Assembly: GCF_004010195.1 (NCBI RefSeq)
Contig: NC_057718.1
Span: 97,157,644-97,221,643, forward strand
Origin: Chiloscyllium plagiosum
Lineage: Eukaryota
Reading direction: 5' to 3'
DNA: 64,000 nt
Shown: positions 22,130-33,867 of the stretch, piece by piece
How the letters are laid out: each line of letters begins with the position of its first letter
How positions within the stretch are numbered: position 1 is the first letter of the stretch
Notes under the pieces: model-generated
What the model saw: only the letters and a program-made list of their open reading frames with translations
Told to the model about the DNA's origin: nothing
Databases searched by the model: none
Translations under genes and position numbers: made by a program

Positions 22130-22815
22130 TTCTAAATGAATACCATCTGCCAGCACATAGTCCATATCCCTTTATTTCCTGTCTGTTCATGTGTCAGTCT
22201 AAATACCTCTTTTCATTGTTATCATATCTGCTTCTGCCAGCTCCCTGACAGCGTATTCCAGACATCTACCACCCTCTGTATAACAGACTTGACACTCACC
22301 TCTACTTTACACTTTTGCCCTCTCACCTTAAACCAAGTATTTGACATTTCCACCCCAGGAAAAACACCTCCGACTATCCACCCTGTCTATGCCTCTCATA
22401 GTTTTGTATACTTCTGTTAGGTTGCCCCCTCAGTCTCTGACAGTGCGCCAAGTTTATCCAACCTAACCTTATAGCTCATACACTTCAATCCAGGCAATCC
22501 TCTTTTGTACCCTCTCCAAAGTCTCCATATCCTTCCGATAGTGTGGCAACCTCTACTGTTCCCAATATTCCAAATGTGGCCTCGCTAAAGGTTTGTACAC
22601 CTGGAATGTGACTTGCCACGTTTTTGTACTCTATGCCCTGGACGATGAAGGCAAGCATGTCGTACACCTTCTTTACCACTTTCCCCACTTCTGTTGCCAC
22701 TTTCAGGGAGCTATGGACTTGGAGCCCAAGATCCCTCTGGATATCAGTGCTCCTCACGGTCCTGCCATGTACTGCATACTTTCCTCTGGCATTTGTCCTC
22801 CCAAAATGCATCGTC
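22130..22815 (-). mobile_element. CR1 LINE fragment (different subfamily)
   Basis: ORF 22485..22811(-) 'MHFGRTN...QRDLGLQVHSSLKVATEVGKVVKK'. Confidence 0.85.
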
Positions 22816-23393
22816 TGTTAACTGATCTTCACCCACAATATGTTTGGAATGCCACCAGCTGTGGAAAAGAGAGGAACAAATCTGTCAGGCTAATTTGAAC
22901 CTACTAGGGTTTTGAGTGGTCTACCCGATTTGGTGAAAACAGGAACAGTTCTTGGACAGTGCAACACAGCCACCACCAAATTTGATTCAGGTCTTCCTCA
23001 GAGCAGCTCTGCAGGAGGGTCACACAGAAGCTGAAAGGTTAACTCAATTTCTTTCTGTCCTGATGCTGCCAGACCTGTTGAGTTTCTCCAGGATTCTGTC
23101 TTTTTCTTTGAAACGAGTAGGGGAAATGGTTCTGTCATTAGTAACGCCACTGAACTATTAACTCTGTCGCACAGGCTAATGTCAGTGGACTGGTAATCGA
23201 GCAGACGAGATGAGTACACTGAGTTCAGATTCTGCCAGGGCAACTCGAAGGCTGGTCTCAGTGAAGGAAACTGTAAAACAGTCATAAAATCCAGGAGGAT
23301 GCACCTTAAGAAAGGAAAATTTGCCATCATTACCTGGTCAGGCTGACAGGTGACTCCAGACCCGCAACAACGTAGCTGACCTTAGTTGTCCTC

Positions 23394-24170
23394 CAGGAGA
23401 AAGTGAGGACTGCAGATGCTGGAGATCAGAGTCGAGAGCGTGGTGCAGGAAAAGCACAGCAGGTCAGGTAGCAACCGAGGAGCTGGGGAATCGACGTTTC
23501 GGGCAAACACCCTTCATCAGGAATGAGGCTTGTGGGTTGGGGCTGAGAGGTAAACTAGAAGGGGGGCTCTGGTTGGGGGGAGGTAGCTGGGAAAGCGATA
23601 GGTGGATGAAGGTGTGGGAGAAGGTGATAGGTCAGAGGGGGCAGTGATGGATACATCCGAGGGTGGTGCCGAGTTGGAGGCTTGGGACTGGGAATATGTG
23701 GGGGGGAGGGGAAATGAGGAAGCTGTTGAAATCCACATTTATCCCGTGTGGTTGCAGGGTCCCAAGGCAGGATATGAGGCGTTCCTCCTCCAGGCCTCGG
23801 GTGGTCATGGTTTGGCGGTGGAGGAGGCCCAGGACTTGCAAGTCCTTGATGGAGTGGGAGGGGGAGTTGAAGTGTTCAGCCATGGGCAGGTGGGTGCGTG
23901 TGCTCCACGGGTGTTCTCTGAAATGATCCGCAAGAAAGCGTCCTGTCTCCCCGATGTAGAGGAGACGGGTGCAACGGATGCAGTAGATGGCATTGGAAGA
24001 GATACAGGTGAATTTCTGGCGGATGTGGAAGGATCTCTTGGGGCTGTGGCGGAGGAATTGGGAATAAGGGATGGCGTTTTTACAGGTGGTAGGGTGGAGG
24101 GTGGTGTCGTCTAGGTAGCTGTGGGAGTCAGTGGGCTTCTAGTTGGTCGCCAGAGACAGTGATGAGAATC
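23394..24170 (-). mobile_element. Penelope-like element family A, internally deleted (RT-thumb motif fused to GIY-YIG, 3' UTR, hammerhead, 3' end)
   Basis: Minus frame reads KPTDSHSYLD...KNAIPYSQFLR/HSPKRSFHIRQKFTCISSNAIYCIRCTRLLYIGETGRFLADHFREH...HFNSPSHS...EEERLISCLGTLQPHGINVDF. Confidence 0.92.
23488..23524 (-). ncRNA. Minimal hammerhead ribozyme motif, family A (intact core)
   Basis: Minus strand AUUC-CUGAUGA-A-GGGU-GUUU-GCCC-GAAA-CG-UC-GAUU; palindromic ACGU stem III; GUC cleavage triplet. Confidence 0.72.
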
Positions 24171-24629
24171 TGTCCTCTGAAATGGCTGAACAAGACATTC
24201 AGGCAATAAATGCTGGCTCGCCCAGGAACCTCTACAGCAAGCACAAGCATTCTTTAATGAATATATACAGGAAGGGGATTGAGAAAGCTCCTTTTAAAGC
24301 AAGGGCATGGAAAGGTTTCTCCTTTCAGAGACGATCAACACAACATGATCTGGATGATGCTCGTCAAAATGTTATACAATCTCACTGTGATGTTTAGGCC
24401 TGACACAAGTGAGTGCCCTGCAGGTTTGCGATGAGTGATTTTACAGTTAACAAAGAGGAAGCAGAGAATAAATTGTCGTGGTAAGTATTCAGTGATTTAT
24501 TTTCCAGTTTTGTGTAAATGCAGGGTGGAGGTGCCTGTGGAGACTGTTGCGAGCTCAGTGTGGTTGAGAGCTTTCCTTTGCAAGATAGTATGTCATGCTG
24601 CAATTCCTTGTTGGATACCTGAGTCAAGG

Positions 24630-24905
24630 GTTCGAACAGCACAGGAACAGGCCCTTCGCACCACGATGTTGTGCCGAACATGACGCCAAATTAAGTGAAT
24701 CCCTTCTGTCTGCTCTTGGTCCATATCCCTCCATTCTTTGCATATTCATGTGCTCATCTAAAAGTCTCTTAAAACTCCCGATCGTATTCGCCTCCACCAC
24801 CTCCTGGCAGCCTGTTCCACACTCCTATCACTCTCTGTGTAAAGAAAAATGTGCCCCTCACATCGTCTGTGAAATTTCCCCCCTCACATTAAATGCATGG
24901 CCCCC
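24630..24905 (-). mobile_element. CR1-type 3' fragment
   Basis: Antisense tail GAACAGCACAGGAACAGGCCCTTCG...CTCCACCACCTCCTGGCAGCCTGTTCCA. Confidence 0.75.
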
Positions 24906-25111
24906 CCCCAAATTTTAGATACTTAGGTTGTTTTGTAAACTTCTGTTGTACATTCTTTTCTCAAAATATTCCCCATTTTACATCAAGACATGATGTGTGG
25001 TCCCACACTTTGATTCTTTACCCCGGTTTTTCCACCTTCTTCCTCTCCTCCCTCTGTCCTTCCTCCCTTCTCAGTCTCATGAACACACATGAATTCCTAT
25101 GAAACCTATAC

Positions 25112-25768
25112 ACTCTGCTTTATTGCTCAGTGCATTCAGTATTGCAGTTGGGAAGTCATGTTGCGGCTGCACAGAACATTCGTGAGGTCAGTTTTGGAAT
25201 ATTGCATTCAATTCTGGTCTCCTTGCTATAGGAAGAATGTTGTGAAACCTAAAAGGATTCAAAAAGATTTACAAGGATGTTGCCTGGGTTGAGGGGGCTC
25301 TGAGCGACAGGGAGAGGCTGAACAGGCTGGGGCTGTTTTCCCTGGAGTGTCGGAGGCTGAGGGTTGAACTTATAGAGGTTTATAAAATCATGAGGGACAT
25401 AGATAGGGTGAATAGCCAAGGTCTTTTCCCTGGGGTGGGGGAGTCCAGAACTAGAGGGCATAGGTTTAGGGTGAGAGAGAAAAGATATAAAAGGGATCTA
25501 GGGGGCAACTTTTTCATGCAGAGGGTGGTGCATGTAAGGAATGAGCAGCCAGAGGATGTGGTGGAGGCTGGTACAATTACAACATGTAAAAGACATCTGG
25601 ATGGGTATAGGAATAGGAAAGGTTTAGAGGGATTTTGGGCCAAGTGCTGGCAAATGAGACTAGATTAGGTTGGGATATCTGGTGGGCATGGACGAGTTGG
25701 ACCAAAGGGTCTGTTTCCGTGCTGTACATATCTATGACTCTATGAGCCTATGACCCTATGACCTTATG
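25112..25768 (+). mobile_element. CR1 (HER1-type) LINE 3' fragment
   Basis: ORFs 25089..25292 and 25390..25668; (CTATGA[C/G]N)n tail 25732-25768. Confidence 0.92.
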
Positions 25769-26444
25769 GGCTTTGGAGCCATAAAGAGAGGCCAAAGTAA
25801 GAAAATGAAGTGGGGGGTTGTTTTGCATCTGTTTTAGTGAGCTGCTTTTTGACATAATTATGAGCTTTCCAATTGATTTATGCCGATGCTTCCTATTGGT
25901 CTGGTGTGAGTCAGTTTTCAAAAGCTCTCACGTCCCTGGGTGACATGTTTGCCCATCTGCCAACAAGGCGCTTTGTTGAGAGACAAAGGTACTGGTGAGC
26001 AAACCAATACTAACACAGCAGTTTTCATTAAACAAGCTTACAATAATCACTGGCCTTTATTTCACCGGTGTTTTATCAATAATATTTTACGACAGGAAAT
26101 ATAGTTGAACGTTAGGTATTTTTATTCAACTGCACCTCTGATTCCATTCTCTTGCCCAAACCTGCATCAACCGTCGAGCTCACCATTCTGCAAGCACTCG
26201 CTGCCCTCTGAAAACTTATCCCAATGCCCATTCTCCCTGTGCAGTGTTGTACTGTTCGTTTGCAGAGAGTCTGGCCCATCCTTCGCCTGCAGCCTGCAGA
26301 TGGTGCAGGATGTCAAGTGAGGGCACAAAGTTTGACTGAGTTCCTTTACCTCTTCCTCTCAGGTGCCTGGGCTAATAAAACATGCTGAATGTAGATTGGC
26401 AATCACATCTGGTATCTGTTTTGCTTCTTGTTTTGTTAAGTTCC

Positions 26445-27242
26445 AGGGAGGTGGGGATTCCTGGATTTTGACCATTCGTGTCATGGAGAAACTGATGGTG
26501 AGCTGCCTTCTTGAACTGTTGCAGTATGGTAGACCCACCATACCATTAGGGAGGAATTTCCAGGATTTTGATCCAGCAACATTGAAGGAGTGGCAATATA
26601 TTTCCAAATCCGGATGATGAGTGGCTTAAAGAGGAACCTACAGGCCGTGGTTCTTCCATGTATCTATTGCCCTTGTCCTTCCAGATAGCACCTTCCAAAC
26701 CATTACCATTACTTTCAAATGAGCCTTAATGAGTTATTGCAATACATCTGATAGATGGTAGGTCCTTGCTATAATGTGTGCCTGGTGGTGAGGGAGTGAA
26801 TGTTGAAGGTGGTGGACAGATTACAAATGAGTGAATTGTTTTATCATGGATGGTGTCAACCATGGAGCTGCACTCATCCATCAAATGGGAGTACGGCATT
26901 ACACTTAGAGTTAGGACCTTCTAGATAGTGGACAAGCCCTGGGGAGACAGGAGATGTGTTATCTCTTGCACAATTCCTAGCCGCTGACCTCCTCCTTAGT
27001 TCACAATAATTAACTGGCTGGGCCTGTTCAATTTCTAATCCATGGTAACCCCAAGGCATTGATAATGAGGGATTAAGTCATGGTAATACTATTGAACGTC
27101 AAGGGGCGATATTAGATCTTTTCTTATTGGAGATGGTTATTGCCTGGCAATTGTGTGGCATAAATGTTATTAGCCACTCACTAGCCTGTGCCTGGATATT
27201 GTCCAGATCTTGCTGGGTAAGGTCAGAGACTGCTTCAGTAAA
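26445..27242 (-). mobile_element. LINE family 2 fragment
   Basis: Antisense homolog of 15700-16392 (GGTGAGCTGCCTTCTTGAAC, GGAATTTCCAGGATTTTGA, CCAAGGCATTGATAATG) extending further into RT. Confidence 0.75.
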
Positions 27243-27808
27243 AGCTTGTGTTCACACAATTGGAAAATGGATTTCCCAATTTATGAGCATCATTCTAAGC
27301 AACATTGATGATAGGCAGCGTTTCTGACAATAAGTTGATTTGATCTGAATGAAAAGTGTCCGCAGAGGCCTGTGAGAGTGCAGCAAAATCTGTTGGTCTT
27401 TAAGGTGAGTGTCAATGCCTGGCAAAGGCGCAGAAGCCTAAGTTTTTGTGATTTGTTTTATCTCTATGGAGGAAATTTACAAGGGTAAATATTGATAAAT
27501 ATCTAACGTCACTCAGACAGTGAAAGCACTGATATGTGTGCGCGTGTGAGAGAGAGACTTGAACACTTTGCTGTTACTCTCACTTCCTAGGGTATCATGT
27601 AAAGAAATTGGTTGAAATCTTGCACTGTATTTCCAGCTCAGAAATAAGCATTCAGTTCACCAAATCCATTCAGCCGTTTATGCCCAAGGTGAACCACTGC
27701 ACTGAATCCCACTTAATCCTGCCCTATCATCATATCCTTCCATTCTTTGTCTGCCCATGCACACATCAAGTGTTCTCTTAAATGCATCTCTCCATGTGAC
27801 AGCTGTTG

Positions 27809-28090
27809 TGTAAGGTAATGGGCATGAAAGGGTTATTCTGTGAGCATTCTCTGCCCATTCTGATATATAACACCACCACTGTGTGGAGCATCAGGCATTT
27901 CAGGGCATTTGGAGTCATCCTGATAGAAATCTTTGTGTGTTTTCTACTCTGGTTTGTTGTAATTAATGTGTGCTTAACTCGTACTTAGTTACTATACAGT
28001 AAACTACATCCTGTTAGTTAAGAACCTCTGCTGACTCTCACTTGTTTTCCAGCCTCCACCATCTGCAATGGAGCAGCCTTTTAGACTATA
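27809..28090 (+). mobile_element. Possible decayed LTR
   Basis: Starts TGTAAGG, TATA-like GATATATAA, AGTAAA, followed by PBS-like TGGTGGCAG; no clean CA end or TSD. Confidence 0.25.
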
Positions 28091-28156
28091 ATAGGAACGA
28101 GAATTGGTGGCAGTGTTTTACCATCACCACCAGTGCTTGACCCTGAGACATCACCA

Positions 28157-28504
28157 TCATGAGGAGCATGGATAGGGGGAATAGTCAAGGTCTTTTTCCC
28201 AGGGTAGGTGAGTCCAAAACTAGAGGTCATAGGTTGAAGGTGAAAGGGGAAAGATATAAAAGGGACCCAAGGGGCAGCTTTTTCACACAGAGGGTGGTGT
28301 GTGTATGGAATGAGCTGCCAGAGGAAGTGGTGGAGGCTGGTACAATTGCAACATTTAAAAGGCATCTGGATGGGTCTATGAGTAAGAAGGGTTTGGAGGG
28401 ATGTGGGCCAAGTGCTGGCAAATGGGACTAGATTAGTTTAGAATATCTGGTCAGCATGGATGTGTTGGACCGGAGTTTCCATGCTGTACATCTCTGTGAC
28501 TCTA
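28157..28504 (+). mobile_element. CR1 (HER1-type) LINE 3' fragment
   Basis: ORF 28159..28431 CR1 C-terminus. Confidence 0.92.
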
Positions 28505-29394
28505 AGGTGATAACAGTGAGATTTTTCTCACTATCACAAACAGTAGCACAATCCTCTCCGATTCAAAATTTTTCTCCTAAGTGCTTTTCCACATGAATTT
28601 GCCAATATTTATGATCCCTAATTTTGGGCACCCCCGCAATATCTTCTCAACATCTACCTGAATAAAGGTCTTAGATGATTTTGTGGATCTCGATCAGAGG
28701 CAGGGACCCCAGTGTCGTGGAGTTTATTGGTACTTGTGAAACCATGTACACACCTGAACAGAGAACAGATATAATTCAAGGGGGTGGTGTTGGGAGCATT
28801 GTCAGTAATAATTACCCTGGCAGAGTGTAGTTTTAGAATAAACATGATTTTCAAGTTTTTCATTTTAAAAAGTCACTGTTGTTTTGTTATTACCTGTAAA
28901 TTCCGAGAAGCCGTGAATTCACATCCAGTTCTATTACCTAATGAATTTTAATGTGACTCGTTCCTCAATATGCACATTAACAGCATTTAGAGACACTGAC
29001 AGGAACAAATACTTGCACATGAAGGTTTCTGACAAAAAATGTAAATGCATTCTGACAAGGCCAGTGAAATTTGGTTAAAAATATCTCCACTAACCAGAAC
29101 AGTACCCTAATTGAATGAGCTTTAAAACAGGAAATAAGTTTGTATTAATGTCCTGTTTTTTTCTGAGTCCTGCAGCATTGACTCGCTAATGGGCATTTAA
29201 ACCAAAAAAAATGCTTAGGGGGGAGAGAAAGTCAGATATCAATTTGATGGATTTTTTTTCTTAAACTCCGTCATAGAGTTAATTAATTCCTGAAATCGCT
29301 CATGGAGTAGTTTTTTTTTTAAATGAAACACTGCTTTAGTATCTGAGCAGATGCTGAACCAGCAAGTCTGCCTCCTTGGCATTTCTCATGTGCT

Positions 29395-29930
29395 GGTGTC
29401 AGCGATGTGTTGTTTGGCAGCTCTCTCTCCTCTGAGTAAGAAGGCTATGGGTTCAAATCCCACTGCGAGACTTGATCTAGACTGATACTCCAGTACCTTC
29501 ACTGGGCAGGGGTGTAGTCTCTTGCTTGACACATTTCAGTCTTTATATAAGATCCCATAGCACTCTTTTTGTAAGTACAAAAATAGGGAAATGTTCAACC
29601 TGTGGTCAGTCTGCCAATTGAAATCACCCACAGAACAAAAACAGATTATCGGGTCACTATCATATCAACTGTGTGGGAGTTTGCTCTGGATAGATTGTCC
29701 AACGTATTTCCCACATTACAATGTCCTTCCTTCTCACCCTCTCCCCTAGGACTGGTGACCGTTAGGTTAACAACATCACTAGTCATTTTTCAAATAAGAG
29801 AGCTGCCCTTTGGCCTTCTGCGATGATGTTGACGCTGCTGACTTGCACTTCAGGAGTACTTGCCGACTGTGAAGTGCTTTAAACATCTTGAGATCATGAC
29901 AGTCACCAAATATATGCACGCCTTTCGTGT
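29395..29930 (+). mobile_element. Deu-domain SINE with nested family F fragment
   Basis: CCTCTGAGTAAGAAGGCTATGGGTTCAAATCCCACT head; GATCCCATAGCACT; GGAGTTTGCT...CATTACAA; tail TATATGCACGCCTTTC. Confidence 0.6.
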
Positions 29931-29942
29931 TTTTCAGAGTAA

Positions 29943-30232
29943 ATTATGGCAGATGTCGGAATCTGGGTACTGAAAACGAAAGCATAATGCTGGAGATCAC
30001 AGTGGGTCAGACAGCATCCATGGAGAGAGAGCAAGCTAACGTTTCGAGTCTGAATGATGTGATGTGTCAACTCTGATGAAGAGTCATCTACATTGGAAAT
30101 GTTAGCTTGCTTTTTCTCCATGGATGCAGCCTGACCCACTGTGATCTCCAGCATTATGCTTTCGTTTTCAGTACCCAGATTCCAACATCTGCCATAATGC
30201 TGTCTGACCTGCTGTGATCCCCAGCATTATTC
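29943..30232. mobile_element. Fold-back element family D with degenerate hammerhead
   Basis: Inverted arms 29943-~30052 and ~30070-30198; CUGAUGA-A-GAGUC at 30073, and GACUC-GAAA-CG-UU on the opposite arm. Confidence 0.8.
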
Positions 30233-30854
30233 GTATTTTTAACTTGTCTCCTTAAAGGGAGGCATTCAAATTGTTTAAATAAATCCTGTTGAGTAACTGA
30301 TTACTGGCTAATGGTAGGTTGGATGTTTGCAAGATGATAGGACGAACTGTGAGTTAACTCGCAATTTTATTGATACAAGTAGACTGGACGACTGTAATAT
30401 GTTTGCATTTCAGTTTCCCAAATGTTAAATCACCTTTTTCTTAATAACAGCAGTCCTCTCATTTCTGCTGTTTTTTTATGTATGCCTTTTTCACAACACT
30501 CTTGCTGTTGTGCTGTGGAATTACGAGTAACATGCGCTGAGAGTATGGCAGGTCTTCACCAGACAGTGTATAATAAATCTGTTTCATTCTGAGATTTAAA
30601 GTACATATTACCATTGTTGACATTTTCCTAACAGTGGCTTTGTCATGGAAAACAAAGGTGCTTTAATAAAGAAATTAGCAGCCACAGATTGTTGGCATGG
30701 CGATGTTCAGGCAAGCCATCTCAACCAAATGCCACTGTCTTTCAAAGCAAGATATCTGGTAAATTATGCAGTTGTGTGAAAGCTGAGAGAGTGCCAAAGA
30801 TTCATCGGCTTCTGTGCAAAACATCTCTGTCTTATAATGGAGCTGGGTGGATTA

Positions 30855-31080
30855 TTTTTCTTGTAGGAGGGCCACGAGTCTTTGAAACACGCTCCTTCAA
30901 AAGGTGGCAGAATCAGATGCTTTGAATATTTTTAAGGTAGAGTGAGTGTGCAGACAAAGAGATAAAAGGCTATCAGGGTTAGGCAGGAATGGGAAGCCAT
31001 TGGATCAGCCATGATCTTATTGAATGATAGAGCAGGCTCGAGGGGCCATATGGCCTACTCCTGCCCCAGGATTTCTATGT
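30855..31080 (+). mobile_element. CR1-type 3' tail (older subfamily)
   Basis: GGATCAGCCATGATCTTATTGAATG...GGCCTACTCCTGCCCC. Confidence 0.7.
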
Positions 31081-31089
31081 CCACAATAT

Positions 31090-31578
31090 GCACCCACACC
31101 AGCGCCCTCGACCAGGCTAACATCCCCAGCATTGAGGCACTGACCCCACCTCGATTGGCTGGGCACATAGTCTGCATGTCTGACATGAGACTCCCTGAGC
31201 AGGTGCTCTACTCCCAGCTCCGAAACAGCAGGCGAGCCCCAGGAGGACAGAGCAAGTGCTTCAGGGATACCCACAAGGCCTCACTAGGGACATGCGGCAT
31301 TCCCACACACACCTGGGAATCAATGGCCCGAGACCATCCGAAGTGGAGGAGGAGCATCCATGAAAGGCACTGAGCTCCTCGAGACTTCCCATCGGGGAAA
31401 AGTGGAAGCCAGACATAAATATCAGAAGGAGTGCACTGGCACACCAACACCCCATCCACCCCTTCCCATGACCGTACGTATGACAGACTATGTGGTAGCC
31501 CCATCGGTTTGTAGAGCCGCCAACGGACTCACTGAGAGTGGACAAGTCATCTCTGTCTGCGAGGGATGACCAACAAAT
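31090..31578 (+). mobile_element. RTE-clade LINE 3' fragment
   Basis: ORF 31011..31373 'ANIPSIEAL...RLAGHIVCMSDMRLPEQVLYSQL...GGQSKCFRDTHKASL..CGIPTHTWESMARDHPKWRRSI' typical RTE C-terminus. Confidence 0.85.
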
Positions 31579-31749
31579 GAATATCCACAATATCCTGCCC
31601 AGGATACCCTGCCCTACCCGGGATGTACAGTTGTGAGGAAGGAGGTGAAAACATTCCTCTGACTCTTGTACCGTTTGCATCTTTCCCAACCCTTTCTGTC
31701 TCGTTGATGAACCTCATTCAAATTCCATATTCACACTCTTTTGCAGGAA

Positions 31750-32215
31750 CGGAAGCAAAGAACAGGAATGGAGTACACATCCCCTTGTGTCTGCCCCACC
31801 ATTCAACATGATTCCTTTTTGTTTCAACTCAACATTTCCCCCTGCTCCCCATATCCTTGGATTCCCAAAGAGAGAGAGATTAAAGAATTTGTCTGTCTCA
31901 CCTTTAATTATTTGCAATCATGGAGCACCGGCAATTTGCTGAGGTGCTCAATTCCAATAATTCCCAAACATCGCGAGTGAAGGAATTTCTCCTCAACATC
32001 TTCATGAATGATCAACCCCCTGTTCCTGAGTCTGCAGCCCCACGTTCCTGATTCCACAGCCAGGGGGAGCACTCTCAGTATCCACCCTGTCAAACCCAGT
32101 CTAACCTTTGAAAGTTTTGAGAAGATCATCATACATCTTTCTCAGTTCCATGGAATCTAGGGGTTGTTTCCTCAGCCTCATATCAGAGACAGCCTCTTTG
32201 TCCCAGGGATCAATC
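31750..32215 (-). mobile_element. CR1-type 3' fragment (older subfamily)
   Basis: Antisense ...CCCCACCATTCAACATGAT...GAAGGAATTTCTCCTCAACATC. Confidence 0.6.
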
Positions 32216-32286
32216 GCTGCATTGCCACCAATCCAGGTGTGTCTAACCTTAAACATAGAGTACAGAGCTGTGGTGACAGGAATGAC

Positions 32287-33242
32287 TCTTGCCTTTATTG
32301 GTCAGTGCATTGAATACAGGAGTTGGGAGGTCACGTTGCAGCTGTACAGGACGTTGGTGAGGCCGCGTTTGGAATACTGTGTTCGATTCTGGTCTCCCTG
32401 CTATAGGAAAGTTGTTAAACTTGAAAGGCTGCAGAATAGATTTACAAGGATGCTGCTGAGTTTGGAGGTTTAAGCTAAAAGGAGAGGCTGAAAAGGCTGG
32501 GGCTGTTTTCCCTGGATTGTCCGAGGCTAAGGGCTGGCCTGAGGGGGCGGCACGGTGGCTCAGTGGTTAGCACTGCTGCCTTACAGCACCAGGGTCGCAG
32601 GTTCGATTCCAGTCTTGGGTGACTGTCTGTGTGGAGTTTGCACATTCTAGCTGTGTCTGCATGGGTTTCCTCCAAATGCTCCGGTTTCCTCCCACAGTTC
32701 AAAGATGTGCAGGTTTAGGTGAATTGGCCATGCTAAATTGCCCGTAGTGTTAGGTGCAATAGTCAGAGGGAAATGGGTCTGGGTGGGTTACTCTTCGGAG
32801 GGTCGGTGTGGACTTGTTGGGTCGAAGGGCCTGTTTCCACACTGTAAGGAGTCAAATCGTATCTAATCTTATTGAGGTTTATAAAATCATGAGGGGCATG
32901 GATAGGGTGAATCGCTAAAGTCTTTCTCCAAGGCTAGGGAATTCCAAAACTGGAGGGCACAGGTTTAGGGTGAGAGGGAAAAGGTTTAAAAAGAACCTGA
33001 GGAGCAACATTTTCACGCAGAGGGTGGTGCGTGTATGGCATGAGCTGCCAGAGGAAGTGGTGGAGGAAGTAGTGCAGCATTTAAAAAGCATCTGGATCGA
33101 TCCATGAATGGGAAGGGTTTAGAGGAATATGAGGCAAAGGCTGGCAAATGGTATCAGATTAATTTAGGATATCTTGTCAGTGTGGGCAAGTTGGACCGCA
33201 GAGTCTGTTTTCATGCTGTACATATCTGTGACTCAATGACCA
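32287..33242 (+). mobile_element. CR1 (HER1-type) LINE 3' fragment with nested V-SINE
   Basis: ORF 32108..32473 'LYRTLVRPRLEYCVRFWSP'; resumes at 32868. Confidence 0.9.
32545..32868 (+). mobile_element. HE1-type V-SINE (near full length)
   Basis: GGGCGGCACGGTGGCTCAGTGGTTAGCACTGCTGCC head through CCACACTGTAAG...ATCTAATCT tail. Confidence 0.92.
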
Positions 33243-33539
33243 AGAATGATCAAGAGTGTGCACTCTCGTTGGTTATTTTCTTCTCATTCCTCCTACCTGA
33301 GACTGCTCAGGTATTTAGTCACTTTCTAACAACAGCGACTACAAAAGCAGCTTGCATTTATAGAGCGCCGTTAGGTCAAAGCATGATGCTACAGTGTTTC
33401 ACAGAATCAATAATCAGTCAAATATTGATATCACACCAAAGGAGGTGGTGTAGAGAAAGGTGGTCAAAAGCTTACTTAAAAGATTGGTCTGAAATGAAGC
33501 ACTCCAATATTAGCCTCTTGAGCATCTTAAATTATTTCA

Positions 33540-33867
33540 TCAGTTTCTATATATACAGACAAAGAAGGACACCACTTTGACTGGGACAACACACACACCC
33601 TAGGACAGGCGAAACAAAGACACGCACGAGAATTCCAAGTGGTATGGCATTCTAACCAGGACTCCATCAATAAACACATCAATTTAGACCCCATCTGCCT
33701 TCCCTTGAAGAAAAGAACTGGAAATGACATCACCCAACTTAAGAAACCAAGACCTATAAATAGAGAGGTGGGACATCCCACCAGTGCTTCACCAGAGACT
33801 CTCACTGATGATGTTACCTAGTATGGTGACGAAACATCTGAAAACAAATCTTCAAGCTCAGTGAGCT
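33540..33867 (+). mobile_element. Penelope-like element family C 3' fragment
   Basis: Translates 'TDKEGHHFDWDNTHTLGQAKQRHAREF..WHSNQDSINKHINLDPI', homologous to 7530-8135. Confidence 0.85.
33802..33841 (+). ncRNA. Minimal hammerhead ribozyme motif, family C
   Basis: UCA-CUGAUGA-U-GUUACC-UAGUAU-GGUGAC-GAAA-CA-UC-UGA: 6-bp stem II, 3-bp stem I UCA/UGA; CA probably CpG-decayed CG. Confidence 0.7.

Larger units (their letters stand above)
23120..24260 (+). mobile_element. SINE family 2 interrupted by PLE insertion
   Basis: Body 23120-23393, tail 24171-24260; TSD TGTCCTC at 23387-23393 and 24171-24177. Confidence 0.6.

Noticed and set aside
32545..32620. tRNA genes at GGCTCAGTGGTTAGCAC...GGTTCGATTCC motifs
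   Set aside because: All continue into the V-SINE body and tail; they are SINE heads.
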